A stretch of DNA of 64,000 nucleotides from Paraspadella gotoi (taxonomy: Eukaryota; Animalia; Chaetognatha), in NCBI GenBank assembly GCA_051294375.1, contig CM119265.1:24097684-24161683 (forward strand), given 5' to 3'. Below the pieces are notes generated by a model. That model was not told the origin of the DNA, made no database searches, and saw only the letters and a list, made by a program, of their open reading frames with translations. How positions within the stretch are numbered: position 1 is the first letter of the stretch; each line of letters opens with the position of its first letter. Both the position numbers and the translations under genes were made by a program. Positions 24,560 through 37,385 of this stretch are shown piece by piece.

Positions 24560-27500
24560 AGAAACAAAGAAAACAAAGAAACCATAAGAAAAAAGAAGAA
24601 AAAAAAGGAAAGAAGAGAATGAATGATGAATGAATGAATGAATGAATGAATGAATGAATGAATGAATGAATGAATGAATGAATGAATGAAGAATGAATGA
24701 ATGAATGAATAAACGATTCATCAAAAAATCACTGATGAATCACTGAATCACTGAACGAATCACTGAATCACCGAATGAATAGACGAATTAAAGAACAAAT
24801 TTTAAGAAACGATGTCCCCTTTTCCGCCCCCACCCCCCCTTGTTCCAACCCCCCTTCTACCTCCACACCCCCCCTCCACCCAGCACTACGACTATTCCCT
24901 CGCCTACGCAATCGCTTGGTCATTCCCTCTTTCGAAGGCATCTCTCCACCATCTATCACAATGTCCCACGCGGATGATCTTTTCAGTTCGACACCGCCTT
25001 CATGTTCACCATCCTCTTCCCTCATCGTCTGCTGCCTCGTCAATCACTACAGCATCACCGACGAGGAATCCTGCTGCTGCACAATCAGGTCGCGCCCAAG
25101 ATTTGGACCTCCAGTTTTCCAGGTCAGGGCGTGAGGTGAGTTCCAGAGGTTTTGGGGAAGGGGGGCTCGAGTGGTTTTGCGAGAAATGGGTTATTTAAAC
25201 CTTATTTTTTGTATTTTAAATATTTTGTTTTTTGTTCGTTTTAACGTAGATGACATTGATAAGAACTGTTAAGAGTCCACGGACTTAAAAGTAAGGACTG
25301 GTCTGGTAGAAAGTCATAAGTAAAAAAATATTGTATAATGTATAATTTAATTACGTAAGGTCATTACTACTCGAAGCGGTTATTCTAAGTCATTAGGACT
25401 TTTCATCAGAATGGGGCGAGGTGAAGACTCCATTTGTACTTGAATTATCTCGACCTCAGAATTTCTTTTTGGAATCGATTCCTTGAAGCATTAATCAATC
25501 TGGAGACTATCTTCACATCCATATCCCTATCACAACCCTATCCACAACCCTATCCCCATCCACATCCCCCCACCAAATATTCAGAGCCCCCAAGTGTTCT
25601 TTTCTTCCTCGCTCCCATCCTTCTCTTCAACTACATGGGATCTCTCCGCGATGTTGACCAACTCTCCACCCGCCAACGAGGTCGTCGGTTCCATCCTCGT
25701 CGCCTGGTTTCTTCTTCCTCGTCGGTGGGGAGCGTTTTAAGCTGGAGGTGGGGAATCGGCTTTGGGGTGGTGTGGGGGTTGGGTGGTGGGGGGTTTTGGG
25801 GTGTAAATGAGGAGAGACAGGCCCCGGTTTTTTGGAAAAATGGTAGGGAGAGTACAACAGGTTGGCCTTTTTGTACAAGCCTTTAGTTTGGTTTTGATGT
25901 CATGACTGGGATCTATGATGTTATGGTCTACTAATTCTCGTAAAATAGCTGTTTTTAAAATAATTAGGATTTTTTAATTGCATATTCATTTTAGGGCAAT
26001 GATTTTTTTGTTAAATGGTTAAACGTAAAAATTCTCTCCCCTTTCTCCTCTTCCCTTTGCTCTCTCCCTCTCGTTCAATCTCTTTCTTCCCCACCCCCCC
26101 TCTCTTATTCATCATTCTCTCCCATCACCCCCCGGCCCCCCAAAATCCAGGTCTTCTTCCCCTCCCGAGTCTCCTCTGGCGCAAACTCAAAGATGCCTCG
26201 CATCGAACCTCTCAAACTCTCCACGCTCACGTATTTCGAGAATCCCGCCGTCGTCAAGAAGGAGACGCCGAAGAAGAAGGCGTCGCCGAAGCCGAGAGAC
26301 GGGGTCGACGGCGCTGCGGCGGCGGGAGACGGCGGCCGCTGCGGCGGCGGAGGAGGAGGAGGAGTCCGCGTGTTTGAGGGTCTCAGGGAAATCTTCACGC
26401 GGCGCGGTTTTATTTTGCGTCAGCGGACTCTTTTTCGTTTGGCTCTTGGTTTCGATCTTTAAGAAGAAGGATTTGTCGCAGGCGAGTGATTTAATTTAGA
26501 TTTGCGTGGAAGAGTAGATTTAATTTGTTGAACAAGATTTGGATTAAAATGCTTAGGATTCTTTGTTTTAATGAAGCGTACATTTTGTTGTAACCACTAG
26601 ATTGGATATTTTTATTTTGTTGAAACGAGCAGATTAAGACGTAGGTTCGTTGCAAATGAATTTAGTTTATGTTTGTTAATTTAGATTTGCTTTGAGTGAA
26701 CTCAGAGTTAATTAGTGAAAGTAGATTTAATTTTTTGCGAGCTAAATTTAACTGAGATTTAACGCCATCTCTTGTCTACAGTTCTTCCTGGGCACCTGCA
26801 TCGGCAGCGTCTCGTCGCCATGATGTCGCTAGAGTTCACCATCATCGCCGAGAGCAGCCGGCGGATGCTGTCGAGCGGGAAGGAGTTCAAAGCGCTGAGG
26901 CATTCGCGGACGGCCAAGAAGACCGTCAAGGTGGGTCGAGAGATGTGGAAGGGGGGAGATGTTTGGAGATATAAATCGATATGCTCGTTTTTTTTTTGTG
27001 TTTCCCATTTCATCGTCATTCGTTCAAAATGCTTAATTGCCTTTTCTCCTTTATTCATCGTTTATTAACAATAGAAGGTTTTTGTTTTGTTTTTTTTTTT
27101 TTCTCCAAAATGACAGAAATATTACGCGTAAGACACGACTAATTTTAGTTTTCAAACAATTATTTATGTTTACGCTGTTTGTTTTCTTAGAGCTCAGTGA
27201 ATAGAACCTAATAAGAGACTAATTGATCATTTGTCGGGCGAATTGAAAAAAATCATGTCGCACCATTTTTTTTTTTTGCATTTTGGTTTTTAAATTCGAT
27301 TGGCACAAATAGTTTTTTTTTTTTTTTTCTTCAATCAAACGCTTTGCACGATTAAACGCTTTTGTTTTTTAGACGCCCGAGTTTAAAGACGTGATTTTCG
27401 TCTCAAAAATAAAATTCACAGTGAATTTCACTCGCGCAACAATTTATCAATTCACAGAATATTAAACTCGGGAATTTAAGATTACATCGATCACGAATTT

Positions 27501-27619
27501 CGCCGTGAATCAAATCAATATAACGCTTAATGTGATATTATCCTCACGCGACGGAAATGATTGGCAACCCCTTCAACCCCCCCCCACGGCTTGAATCGGT
27601 GTCGAGGGTCTTCTTCGTC

Positions 27620-27975
27620 CTCTTTCCCATTTCCATTCCATCCATCACCATTTCATTTCCATTTCCATTTCCCTTTCCATTCCAATTTCCCTATCCCTTT
27701 CCATTTCCATATCCCTTCCATATATTTCTTTTCCATTTTCCATTTCCATATCCATCACCATTTCCATTTCCCTTTGGTATTTCCCTTTCCCTTTCCATAT
27801 TCCTTTCCATTTCCATATCCATCACCATTTCCATTTCATTCCCTTTGTATTTCCCTTCCCTTTCCATATCCCTTTCAATTTCCCATATCCATTTCCATTT
27901 CAATTTCCTCCTTTCCATTTCCCTCTTCATTTCCCTTCCATTTACATATCCTCTTTCCCTTACATTTCCATTTCA
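27620..27975. repeat. (ATTTCC)n-derived satellite in a SID-1 intron; mirrored at 44715-45085 and 52200-52555
   Basis: ttccatttccatttccctttcc arrays at the same intronic position in all three SID-1 copies; source of the PF/ME-repeat ORFs. Confidence 0.85.
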
Positions 27976-29043
27976 CACATCCACATTGAAAACTGGTTTG
28001 TCTTTCCTCATCCGTCCACTTGCGTTTCAAATGCTCATAACCCAGGTAGTTCTGTATTATCATGATTAATTACTACTTGGCAGTAAGGCATACAATGCAT
28101 AATATCCCATATGATTCACACTTGTGCAGTCACGTGATCGTCAATGCGGTGCAACCCCTTGAACTGCCAATTCTTGTTTCATCATCTTCAATCAATCTCA
28201 TCTCCAAAATCCAATCCACCTCCTACCCCTTCCAACCCCCTTCCCACTCTTTCCAACCCCCTTCCCACACCATCTCAACCCCCCACCTCACACCCCCTAT
28301 AACCCCCTCACACCCTCGTCTTTCTCCAGGTCATCGTCACTACCGCCGTTCTCGGGTTCGTCTGGATCTCCGCCGGTGTTTTCTTCATCGGAATGGAAGT
28401 CTCCAACAAATCGACTTTCTCCCTCTGCCAATCGCGACCTCAACGTTATCTCTGCATGTTCCTCAATTTTTACGACTCTCACGACAGTTTGGCATTTCCT
28501 CTCTTCGCTCGGTCTTTTGCTCTCGGCCGTCAGAGGCGGTGGCGCTGTCGTATCCTTGCAGGTTTGGATGGGATAATGCGGTTTTTTCCGTGGATCTTCG
28601 TTATTTCACCGAAGATAGAGAGGTTCCGTGGTCTAGGGAGAGATTCAATGGAGGTTGGCGCTGCATTGTTTAACTTTTTCGTCCAATTAGGAACGACATA
28701 AAGGTTTCTCGCAAAGCCATTTATAGCAAATCAATATTTAAAACAATGAAAAAGTAAAAATTTGCCTTTCAATGAGGTAATTTCCTATAGTAAGTTCCTA
28801 TAGCGCGTTCAGTTTTCCAATGTTGCGCCCCTTCCTTTATCTCCTCATACCTTTGTCTTCCTCCTCCTCCAGATCTGCCGCATGGGAATCTCCAATCGCT
28901 CGTGGAGAAAGACAGCGTCTCTTCGTGACTAAAGTGAAAGGCGGCTATGATGAGGCTTAACGCGTTGGACGCTCTGAGAGGAAGCGTCAACGAGGGCGCG
29001 GCAGAGACGCCAACGGAAACCGTGGCTGACGAATATATCTCTC

Positions 29044-29093
<50 letters not shown>

Positions 29094-30213
29094 TCTCTCC
29101 CTCTCCCTCTATTCATTTCATGTTCATTTAATCTCTCTCCCTAGTTTTTTTTTTCTACCTCTTCATTTTGTTCAACATCAGTATTTTGAATGTTTGTTTG
29201 TTTATTTATTTGTCTGTTCGTTTGTAGTTTGTCTTCATTCGTTGTGTTTGTATGGTCTCTTCGATCGTAATTCGCCTGACTTCTCTATTTTTACATTAGA
29301 TATGTTAAAAAATGAACATTACGACTGCCTTGATGACTCTTAGTATTTAAACTATTTATTTTTCAATAAAATTTATACTTTCGCATACATAGATACCATT
29401 AAGGTTTTATACCAGTTTGAAGTTTGATCGTATTATTCCCGAGTATAATAACGTTGTTATAGGTATGTTTTACACATATTTACGAGCACTTTTATTCGCT
29501 TCGTCCTCAGCCAAGTGATTTTGCGTAATTTGAAAACCCAATCGAGAATTGCTCCCAAATGTCAATGGAATTTCGCCTCAAAAAGCAATTTAGTTTTTTT
29601 TTAAACCCAATTTCGGCTGTTTTACCATATTGATTATATTTTCATATGTACAATCAATTAAAAAAAATGTAAACCTTCGCTTGACCTTTAATTGTTACTC
29701 CGTTGAGATCCATCCATTTAGTTGCAAGAATAATCAAGTATAGAAACGCACGTCAGTCCAGTTTAAGAATTCCAATTTACTAACGTATGTTGTATAAGAA
29801 TCTATATTCTTTGCCAGCGCTTTGAGCGTTTAAGCTTCGACTGTTCAGAGAAGCGTTCGAAAATCGTATTTTTTTATAACAGAACCAAGCGAAAACACGT
29901 TTCGAAACTCGTAGAGAATAAGTTTATGATTCATTCATTAAAAATAAAAAACGTTCGAAAATCAGCAGCGCTTATCGCTCCAACTCCAAAACAGCTAAGC
30001 AAAAATTACCGGCAAAAGTAAAGTTTACCGAGAAAGGGATAAAGAAAAGATAGTTTAACATAATACATGCATAAACTTATTCGTTTACAATTTAGACAAA
30101 AAAAGCCTAATATTTGCAACGGGAGAACATGTGTGATGCCCGGGTGTGAGGCATCTCCCGACAGCTTGGCGCTCGGGCTTTGGAACGTCAGTGACCACCC
30201 CTGTCACTGCGTG

Positions 30214-31309
30214 TTATACCACCACGTGAGGGGATTGAACCCGAAACTCGCGGTTGGTGAACGAGTACTTATCTGTCCAAGCTATACAGGAGGCGAATAT
30301 AAGATTCGCCACACTTAATAATTTTATAACCTTACCCTTTTCCAAAGACCTCTCCCCCCCACCGCCCCCCTTCCAAAAATAAAAACCACCAAGTCGCAGA
30401 TGGTCCCGACCGGCGAGGACATGTAGCTGAAGTGCCACATGTTCTGCCTTTCGTAGATCCACGAGGTTGGTTCCTTTGAGCCAAACGCCTCGTCGACGGA
30501 GGAAGAGGAGGAGGGCGAGAGGAAGATGAGTGCGACGATGAAGGCGCGGACAGAGGAGCGTGACGAGGTGTCTGAGAGAGGGAGGAGGGTGAGTCTGGAG
30601 GGGGAGGGGGGGTAAGAAGTAATTAGTGTGATTATAATATGAAATGTACAAATAAAATATCATATTAATAATATATTGCCCACTTGAAGTTTGTGGTTTA
30701 GGCCTCCTCTACAATTGACATTCCTAGTTAATTTAACCCTTCAGCTCAATTATACTCCAGATAGTCTATCATGAAGTGAATATTCAAAATTGTCATTGTA
30801 TGAAGACTCATATTAGTCGAATATATGTACTCGTACATCAATCAAGAGTAATATGAGTCAACTTAACCATTATAAATCTACTGCCTGTTACTAAATAGCG
30901 TTGTTTTCTAAATTTTTAGCCATTTTTTAAATTTATAAATAATTTTTTCCCCAAAAAAATAAGTAAAAAATTATTATAACTTTTCAGTGAGGATTCAAAG
31001 TGAATCAGAAAACAAAGATAAGTCATGAAAAAAGAAAGAAAATAAATGAACTGAAAAAAAACAACGAAAAAAAAAGATTAAGAAAGATTAAGGAGAGAAA
31101 AAGAATAAGAAAAAAAAAATATGAGAAACTTGAGATGACACAAAATGCCTGAGGAAAAATCTAGGCAATAAAGGAAAGAGGAAAGAAAAGAAAGAAAGAA
31201 AATAGAAAGAAAAGAAAAGAAAAAAGAAAGAAAAAAAAGGAAAAGAAAGAAAGAAAAAAAAAAGAAAGAAAAAGAAAATAAAAGAAAAGAAAAGAAAAAG
31301 AAAAGAAAG

Positions 31310-31340
<31 letters not shown>

Positions 31341-31835
31341 GAAAAGAAAGAAAAGAAAAGAAAAGAAAAGAGAAGAGAAAGAATTCGCGAAGGATTAAAA
31401 AAACGAACGAAAGAACGGACAAACATCTCACGCGCCCAGTAGTCAATGCCACTAATGCTATGAGTGAATTTCACCGAAACCTCACTGATGCCACAAATAC
31501 TCTTGCATCGAGACGACATTGTCACTTCTCCCGCTCGCGCCACTCTCTCGCACGACGTCAGTCACGAGACGGCATTGAAATGTGGTACTGGGCTGCAAGT
31601 GGAGATGGCCACCAACGGCACTAAAGCCGGAGACAAGTGACAAATTAACGATCGTTTTTAAACGTTGGCCTTTTTTTTCCGGAAGGGGGGCGGTGGCACA
31701 GAGTTCGAAGGGCCATTCGATCTCCGCCTAAAATCTCGTTCCATTGGCTTCAAACGCTGAGCGCTCTTACGATGGGAATGGCAGAGGCTTTTGGTTACTC
31801 TTCCCTCTCTCCTCCTCTCTCTCCTCTCTCTCTTC

Positions 31836-31897
<62 letters not shown>

Positions 31898-34049
31898 ATT
31901 AGCGCGACTTTACGATAGAGTGGTTTGTGCCAGTTATTGTTTTTCATCCGGAAATCTGTCAAAAATGCCAAACTTAGCATCTCAATGGTCGATCAATACA
32001 AAAACGCCAGCAATTTTTTTTTTTTTTTGACAGAAATTTTTAAGTTTCTGTGAGAAATTTCTCGTCGGACTTTTCGTTCGTCTTAAACCGGTTTCAAAAA
32101 TATCTTCGCTTAACTAACTCTTATCGTCAATTTCTAAAGATAACTCACTCTCGCATGTGGTTTACCATCCATTTCTAATGTTACTTAACTTATTCTCACA
32201 AGTGCATTTATCATCAATTTCAAATGTCTCCTAATGTCTTCGAATCACATTTCACTCCGACAGAGTTTTTCAACTCACAGACCCAAAAAACCTTCAATCT
32301 TTTTTTTTTCCCGACTCTGCTCCATCAAGGCCACTAAGCCAGATTCATGTCTTTCAAGAAAAAGCTCGGAAAATTTCAACCCTGACTCGGCGTATGGCTT
32401 TACATTCGTATCATCCGCATGCAGCAAGCATCGCAAACTAACTATCTCTCTTTGTTACAAGTCACATTTTCTTTATTTCTTATCTTCGTCCTCGTCAACT
32501 CACCCCTTTCCTTACCTTCGTCCCCTCTCGGCCTCGAGGCCCTCCGCGCGTCTCCTCGAAAATGGTTGAAGAATTTTCGATGACGTCGTCCATTTTCGGT
32601 TCGAGTTCAATTTCGAGGCTGGAAAGAAACCGGGAGACGGTGCGGGGTTGGGGGAAGGTAAGTGAATCGTTAAGCTTATAATGGATTAATATAGAGTATT
32701 CATTATTAAAATAGATGGTGGTTTTTCCTTTAGTTTCGTTGTGTTTATTGTGTTTGCGATCAACAAATATAATAATAATATGATGCAAAATTCCAAAAAA
32801 ATATTCTTGGTATAATACAAATTTCTTTCCGTTTTAGTCAAAAGAAAACACAAACATGTATTTTCGAAAGCTCGCTGAAGAATTATTACCATAAGAATCT
32901 GTAACTTGGGTAATCAGCAAAAACATTACGTAATTCTTCATAGAAATAAATAACCAATTATTTCGTTCCCACTTAACAATTTCTTCCCCCCCCCCTTCGT
33001 CCCTCCGTTCCAAACCGTTGGTTTTTTTCGCGAAAGACAAAGAAGGAACCAGAGGAAGTTAATGGTTTCGAGACCTAATCCTCCCGTCCTTTTTTAACTC
33101 TTCTCATTTTTCCTCTCCTTTCGATTATCTACTTTTTTTTGCTTCTCTGTCTTCCATTTCTTTCTCTTCTCCTTTCCTACTTCTACCATCTTCCTTTATT
33201 TTCCTTTTCCATTCTCCGCTTTTCTATCCGACTTTTTTCTAGTTCTTTACATCTAATTCCCATCTTTCGCTCTTTTATACTTATTTCATTATTTTCTCAT
33301 AATACTCCCAACTTACTATCTAAAAAAAATTTTCAAGTATATAAATTATTATTAGTGGCCACAGTAACAGTCAGCTTAAGCCCTTGAAAGCGATTTACAT
33401 GTATTGGCGCAGCACTGGTTTCCATTTCTTTTACACTCTTCTCGCTCCTTTTCCAAGCTTCCTTCCTTCCCTTCTTTCCTTTTATCTCTCTTCTCTCTTC
33501 TCTTGCCATTCTTATCTTCACCCCCTCACCCCATTCCCCTCTCTCTTCCTCTCCCCCACTCCCCTTTTACCTTCTCCGAATTGGTGGAGCTGCGATAACG
33601 ATGATCCGAAGGCGTGAGAGTCGTCGTCGTCGTCATCGTCGCGACGACGACGACGACGAAAACGTTGCGCTTTTGTTCGCCATTTTTCTTCCCACCAACG
33701 GATGGCGACAACGGCGGAATGGGCGCGGCGTTAGGCAGCGTCGCGGACATTTCGCCTGAAGGTGGCCAATGAATGAAACATAAGGGGACCGATTTATGAA
33801 TAAAGTATCGATTGGATTATATAACTAACAATATAAAAAGAGAAATATCTTCTTGTCATATGAGATGTTTTTTTCTGCTCTGTAAAAGTTTGTCTCGAAG
33901 CGAATATTATGTCTCGAAAGAATGTTTATGATTTTTGACGATAGAACATTTTATCAATATACAGCGACCTCCACAAGCACTTTCCTTGTCTTTTAACGTT
34001 TCTTCTCCCCTCTCTTCTCTTCTCTTCCTCTCTCTCTCTCTCTTTAACT

Positions 34050-34087
<38 letters not shown>

Positions 34088-35554
34088 CTCTCTCGGTATC
34101 GTAACCCAATTAGCTTTCCCATATCTCACGTTACACGTACACGTCCTTTCTTTTAATAATCTCTCTCGGCTTCGAATCCTTTACTCAGACTTTTTCTCTT
34201 TACTGCTTTTCCTTTACCTTACTTTACTTATTAATTAATTAGTTTAAATCCGACAGCGTAGTATAATTTTAAAAATAAGGCAAACCCTACCCTTGCTTAA
34301 AAGAAAAAAAAGTCTATAAATCTCCCACGAATAAATTGACACGGTGCTGAATCCAGAGGGTTACTGTTGGCTTGGCTTGACCAGTGACGCATCCCCTGGC
34401 GCGGTACTCTCCTTGAACGCAGAGAATGTGACTGATGGAACAGCCTGGATGGCTGCCTCTACCAATGGATCTGTGGGATGGTGACAGGCGTGTGATTATA
34501 CGCCCAACAAGTACTATTTCTAACGAGATCGACGCACGATAACGACACACAAACAACAACAACAATTAAGCTCGTTTCTCGCACCTGGCTGCGGTTTTGC
34601 TTGGAGGTGCCATCCACGGAAGGAGGGAAGGGGGAATCACCTGGCGATTGGGGAAAGAGGATGAGGGGGAAAAGAGTAGGAAAGAGAAATGATAATGCCA
34701 AGAGGTATAATAAACATGTAAAATGTACAAAGTAAAATACAATGGATGATGTACACTGTACATGTACTCATTGGCGCGGAAAAACAGCAAGTAAATCGCT
34801 TTAGGCCTGCTGCTTGAATTGAGCTGAATTGAATTGAATTGAATTGAATTGAATTGACTTGACTGCTGCTTGAATTGACTGCTTTCGATTTGTGATTCGA
34901 TGTGTGCGACCGCCTGATTTGGCTCAGCGACGACCTTTGAATTGACCTTTGATTGACTCAGCGACGACCTTTGATTGGCTGAGCAAGTAAAGTGACTGGA
35001 CATGAAGACGTGGAAGATTACAGCGAAGCAGGCTCAGAAAATCAGACGATGTCATGAAGGAAGAGAATGTGACAATCAAAGGAGGAAAGCGATTTAACCA
35101 AGGAGGTTAAGTTTATTTGAGTAAGTTAGGGGTGGTTGGTCAGGGACGGTGTAAGGGAGTGAAGAAGAGGCAACAGGGTAGGTAAAGTGTGGCTGGAAAA
35201 GAAAATATGAAATAAGGCGGAAAAAGAAAACTAAAAGAAGGGAAAAATACAAGAGATGAATGGGAAGAACTGAGAGTTAAGTAAAAGTCAAAATGAGGCA
35301 AGAATAGAAAAAAGATCGTTAAAGAAAAAAGAGAAAAGACTTGAGAGAAAAAGACGTCAGAGAGATGGAAATGTTTTTCTCTTCTTTCTTCTTCTTTCTT
35401 TCTTTCATTCATCATCATTCATTTTCATTCATTCAATTCATTCATCAATCAATCATCAATCATCATCATTCCATTACATTTATTAATTGATTTATTGATT
35501 TATTGATTATTTATTCATTCATTCATTCATTCATTCATTCATTCACATCATCAT

Positions 35555-35586
<32 letters not shown>

Positions 35587-35680
35587 GCCGTCGGCGAAAA
35601 AGAAAGAAAAACGTCGATGAAAATCAGATGGATGAGAGAAAAAAAAGCAAATGCAAATAATCCACAAAGATGGAGGACAT
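30214..35680 (-). pseudogene. Inverted, indel-rich copy of the orphan type I membrane protein gene (left arm)
   Basis: Reverse complement of 37386-42490; ATG at 35678-35680, stop at 30214-30216; TM exon fragment visible in ORF 30214-30663 (LALLLFLRRRGVWLKGTNLV). Confidence 0.55.
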
Positions 35681-36572
35681 AATCTGCCGGAGAGTCGACC
35701 GAATGGCGTTTAATAAAATCTCTAGACGGTCGCTCGCCGAGCGACCGGAGCTCACGGCGTAAAAGCGACGTGGACGATTGAAGAAGAGAAGTAGCGATAA
35801 AATAAAACGGAATGGAAGATGGGCGTGGCTTCCACGCCTTCAGGACTCGATTCCATTTGCGGTTGGGGGGGAGGCAGTGGGGGGCGATGGTAGAGAGGTT
35901 GTACTCGTTGTGGGGAGGAATTTCATCGGGTCGTCGTTATATATTTAGAGGTAACTATAAAAATTTATGTATTTAATTTGATTATAATTTTTTTAATTTT
36001 TAATTCTGGAGATACTTTAGAGATTATACGAGTGGTGTCTCATATAGATTATATCAAGTTCTCGTAAGGTTTTAAAATTGACTGATCCCTGGCCTTAAAT
36101 GTTGAAGATTAAGTTTTAAAAATTAGGATTGAATAATTCCTAAATCATAAAACCTCAAAGCGAACACTTTCGGCGAAAGCGCTTTCTCTTTTCAAATGCT
36201 TCAACGATTTTTTTTCAGAGGGAGACCTAAGAGGATGAGAAATATGGATAAACCTTGAGGCTTTCTTAGCCCACCCCCTCCCCCCCAAGCCCTTACTTCC
36301 CTCTTTGAAAAAAAAAATACGTGACCAAAATATCGCGCGATAAAACTTGAGCTTCGATCGACGAAAAGAAGAATTATCGACGCGAGGATAGAAATTCCCC
36401 AAAGTCAATAGAATTCTGCAGAATCGACGTTTGAATATCGAAAGATGTCTAGGGGGGCGGAGGGGGGAGGCGATTCGTGGGGGGGGGTTTGAGTCTTTGA
36501 TTTGAGACGAAAGATGACGAGCATATGGGAATGACAGATTGTGGTATGTGATGATATGGAATGGGAAATGAT

Positions 36573-36597
36573 NNNNNNNNNNNNNNNNNNNNNNNNN
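36573..36597. other. 25-N assembly gap at the palindrome centre
   Basis: Exactly 25 Ns. Identical 25-N gaps at 15912-15936 and 57584-57608; other gaps at 13114-13254, 13520-14171, 16375-16744, 19062-19721, 36718-36929 and 38968-38977. Confidence 0.95.
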
Positions 36598-37385
36598 TTC
36601 AAACGTCGATTCTGCAGAAATTCTATGGACTTTTGGGGAATTTCTATCCTCGCGTCGATAATTCTGTCTTTTCGTCGATCGAAGCTCAAGTTTTATCGCG
36701 CGATATTTTTGGTCACGNNNNNNNNNNNNNNNNNNNNNNNNNNNNNNNNNNNNNNNNNNNNNNNNNNNNNNNNNNNNNNNNNNNNNNNNNNNNNNNNNNN
36801 NNNNNNNNNNNNNNNNNNNNNNNNNNNNNNNNNNNNNNNNNNNNNNNNNNNNNNNNNNNNNNNNNNNNNNNNNNNNNNNNNNNNNNNNNNNNNNNNNNNN
36901 NNNNNNNNNNNNNNNNNNNNNNNNNNNNNAGGGATCAGTCAATTTTAAACCTTACGAGAACTTGATATATTCTATATGAGACACCCACTCGTATATATCT
37001 ACTAAGTATTCCAGAATTAAAAATTAAAAAAATTATAATCAAATTAAATACAATAAATTTTTATAGTTACCTCTAAATATATAACGACGACCCGATGAAA
37101 TTCCTCCCCACAATCGAGTACGAACCTCTCTACCATCGCCCCCCACTGCCCTCCCCCCCCAACCCGCAAATGGATCGAGTCCTGAAGGCGTTGGAAGCCA
37201 CGCCCATCTTCCATTTCCGGTTTTTATTTTATCGCTACTTCTCTTCTTCAATCATCCACGTCGCTTTTACGCCGTGAGCTCCGTCGCCTCGGCGAGCGAC
37301 CGTCTAGAGATATTTATAAACGCCATTTCGAGTCGGCATCGCGCCGGGTCGCCTCTCTTTCGCCGGTGCGACGCTCCGGCAGATT

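Larger units (their letters stand above)
22513..29029 (+). pseudogene. sid-1: 5'-truncated, indel-rich inverted copy of the SID-1 gene (copy 1; pseudogene or unpolished assembly duplicate)
   Basis: Starts abruptly inside the TM1 exon at ~22513. Exons 23554-23666, 24213-24416, 24884-25135, 25585-25747, 26151-26481, 26782-26930, 28330-28561 and 28873-29029 are reverse complements of the copy 2/3 exons with many 1-2 bp indels. Confidence 0.8.
22513..36435. repeat. Left arm of giant inverted repeat (~13.9 kb)
   Basis: Reverse complement of 36598-49664, extended by 57133-57700. For example 36320-36435 mirrors 36598-36717, and exons, microsatellites and intergenic DNA are mirrored throughout. Confidence 0.92.

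Noticed and set aside
27557-28069. Pro/Phe-rich and Met/Glu-rich ORFs (also 44562-45164 and 52083-52621)
   Set aside because: Translations of the (ATTTCC)n intronic satellite, with frames differing between copies.
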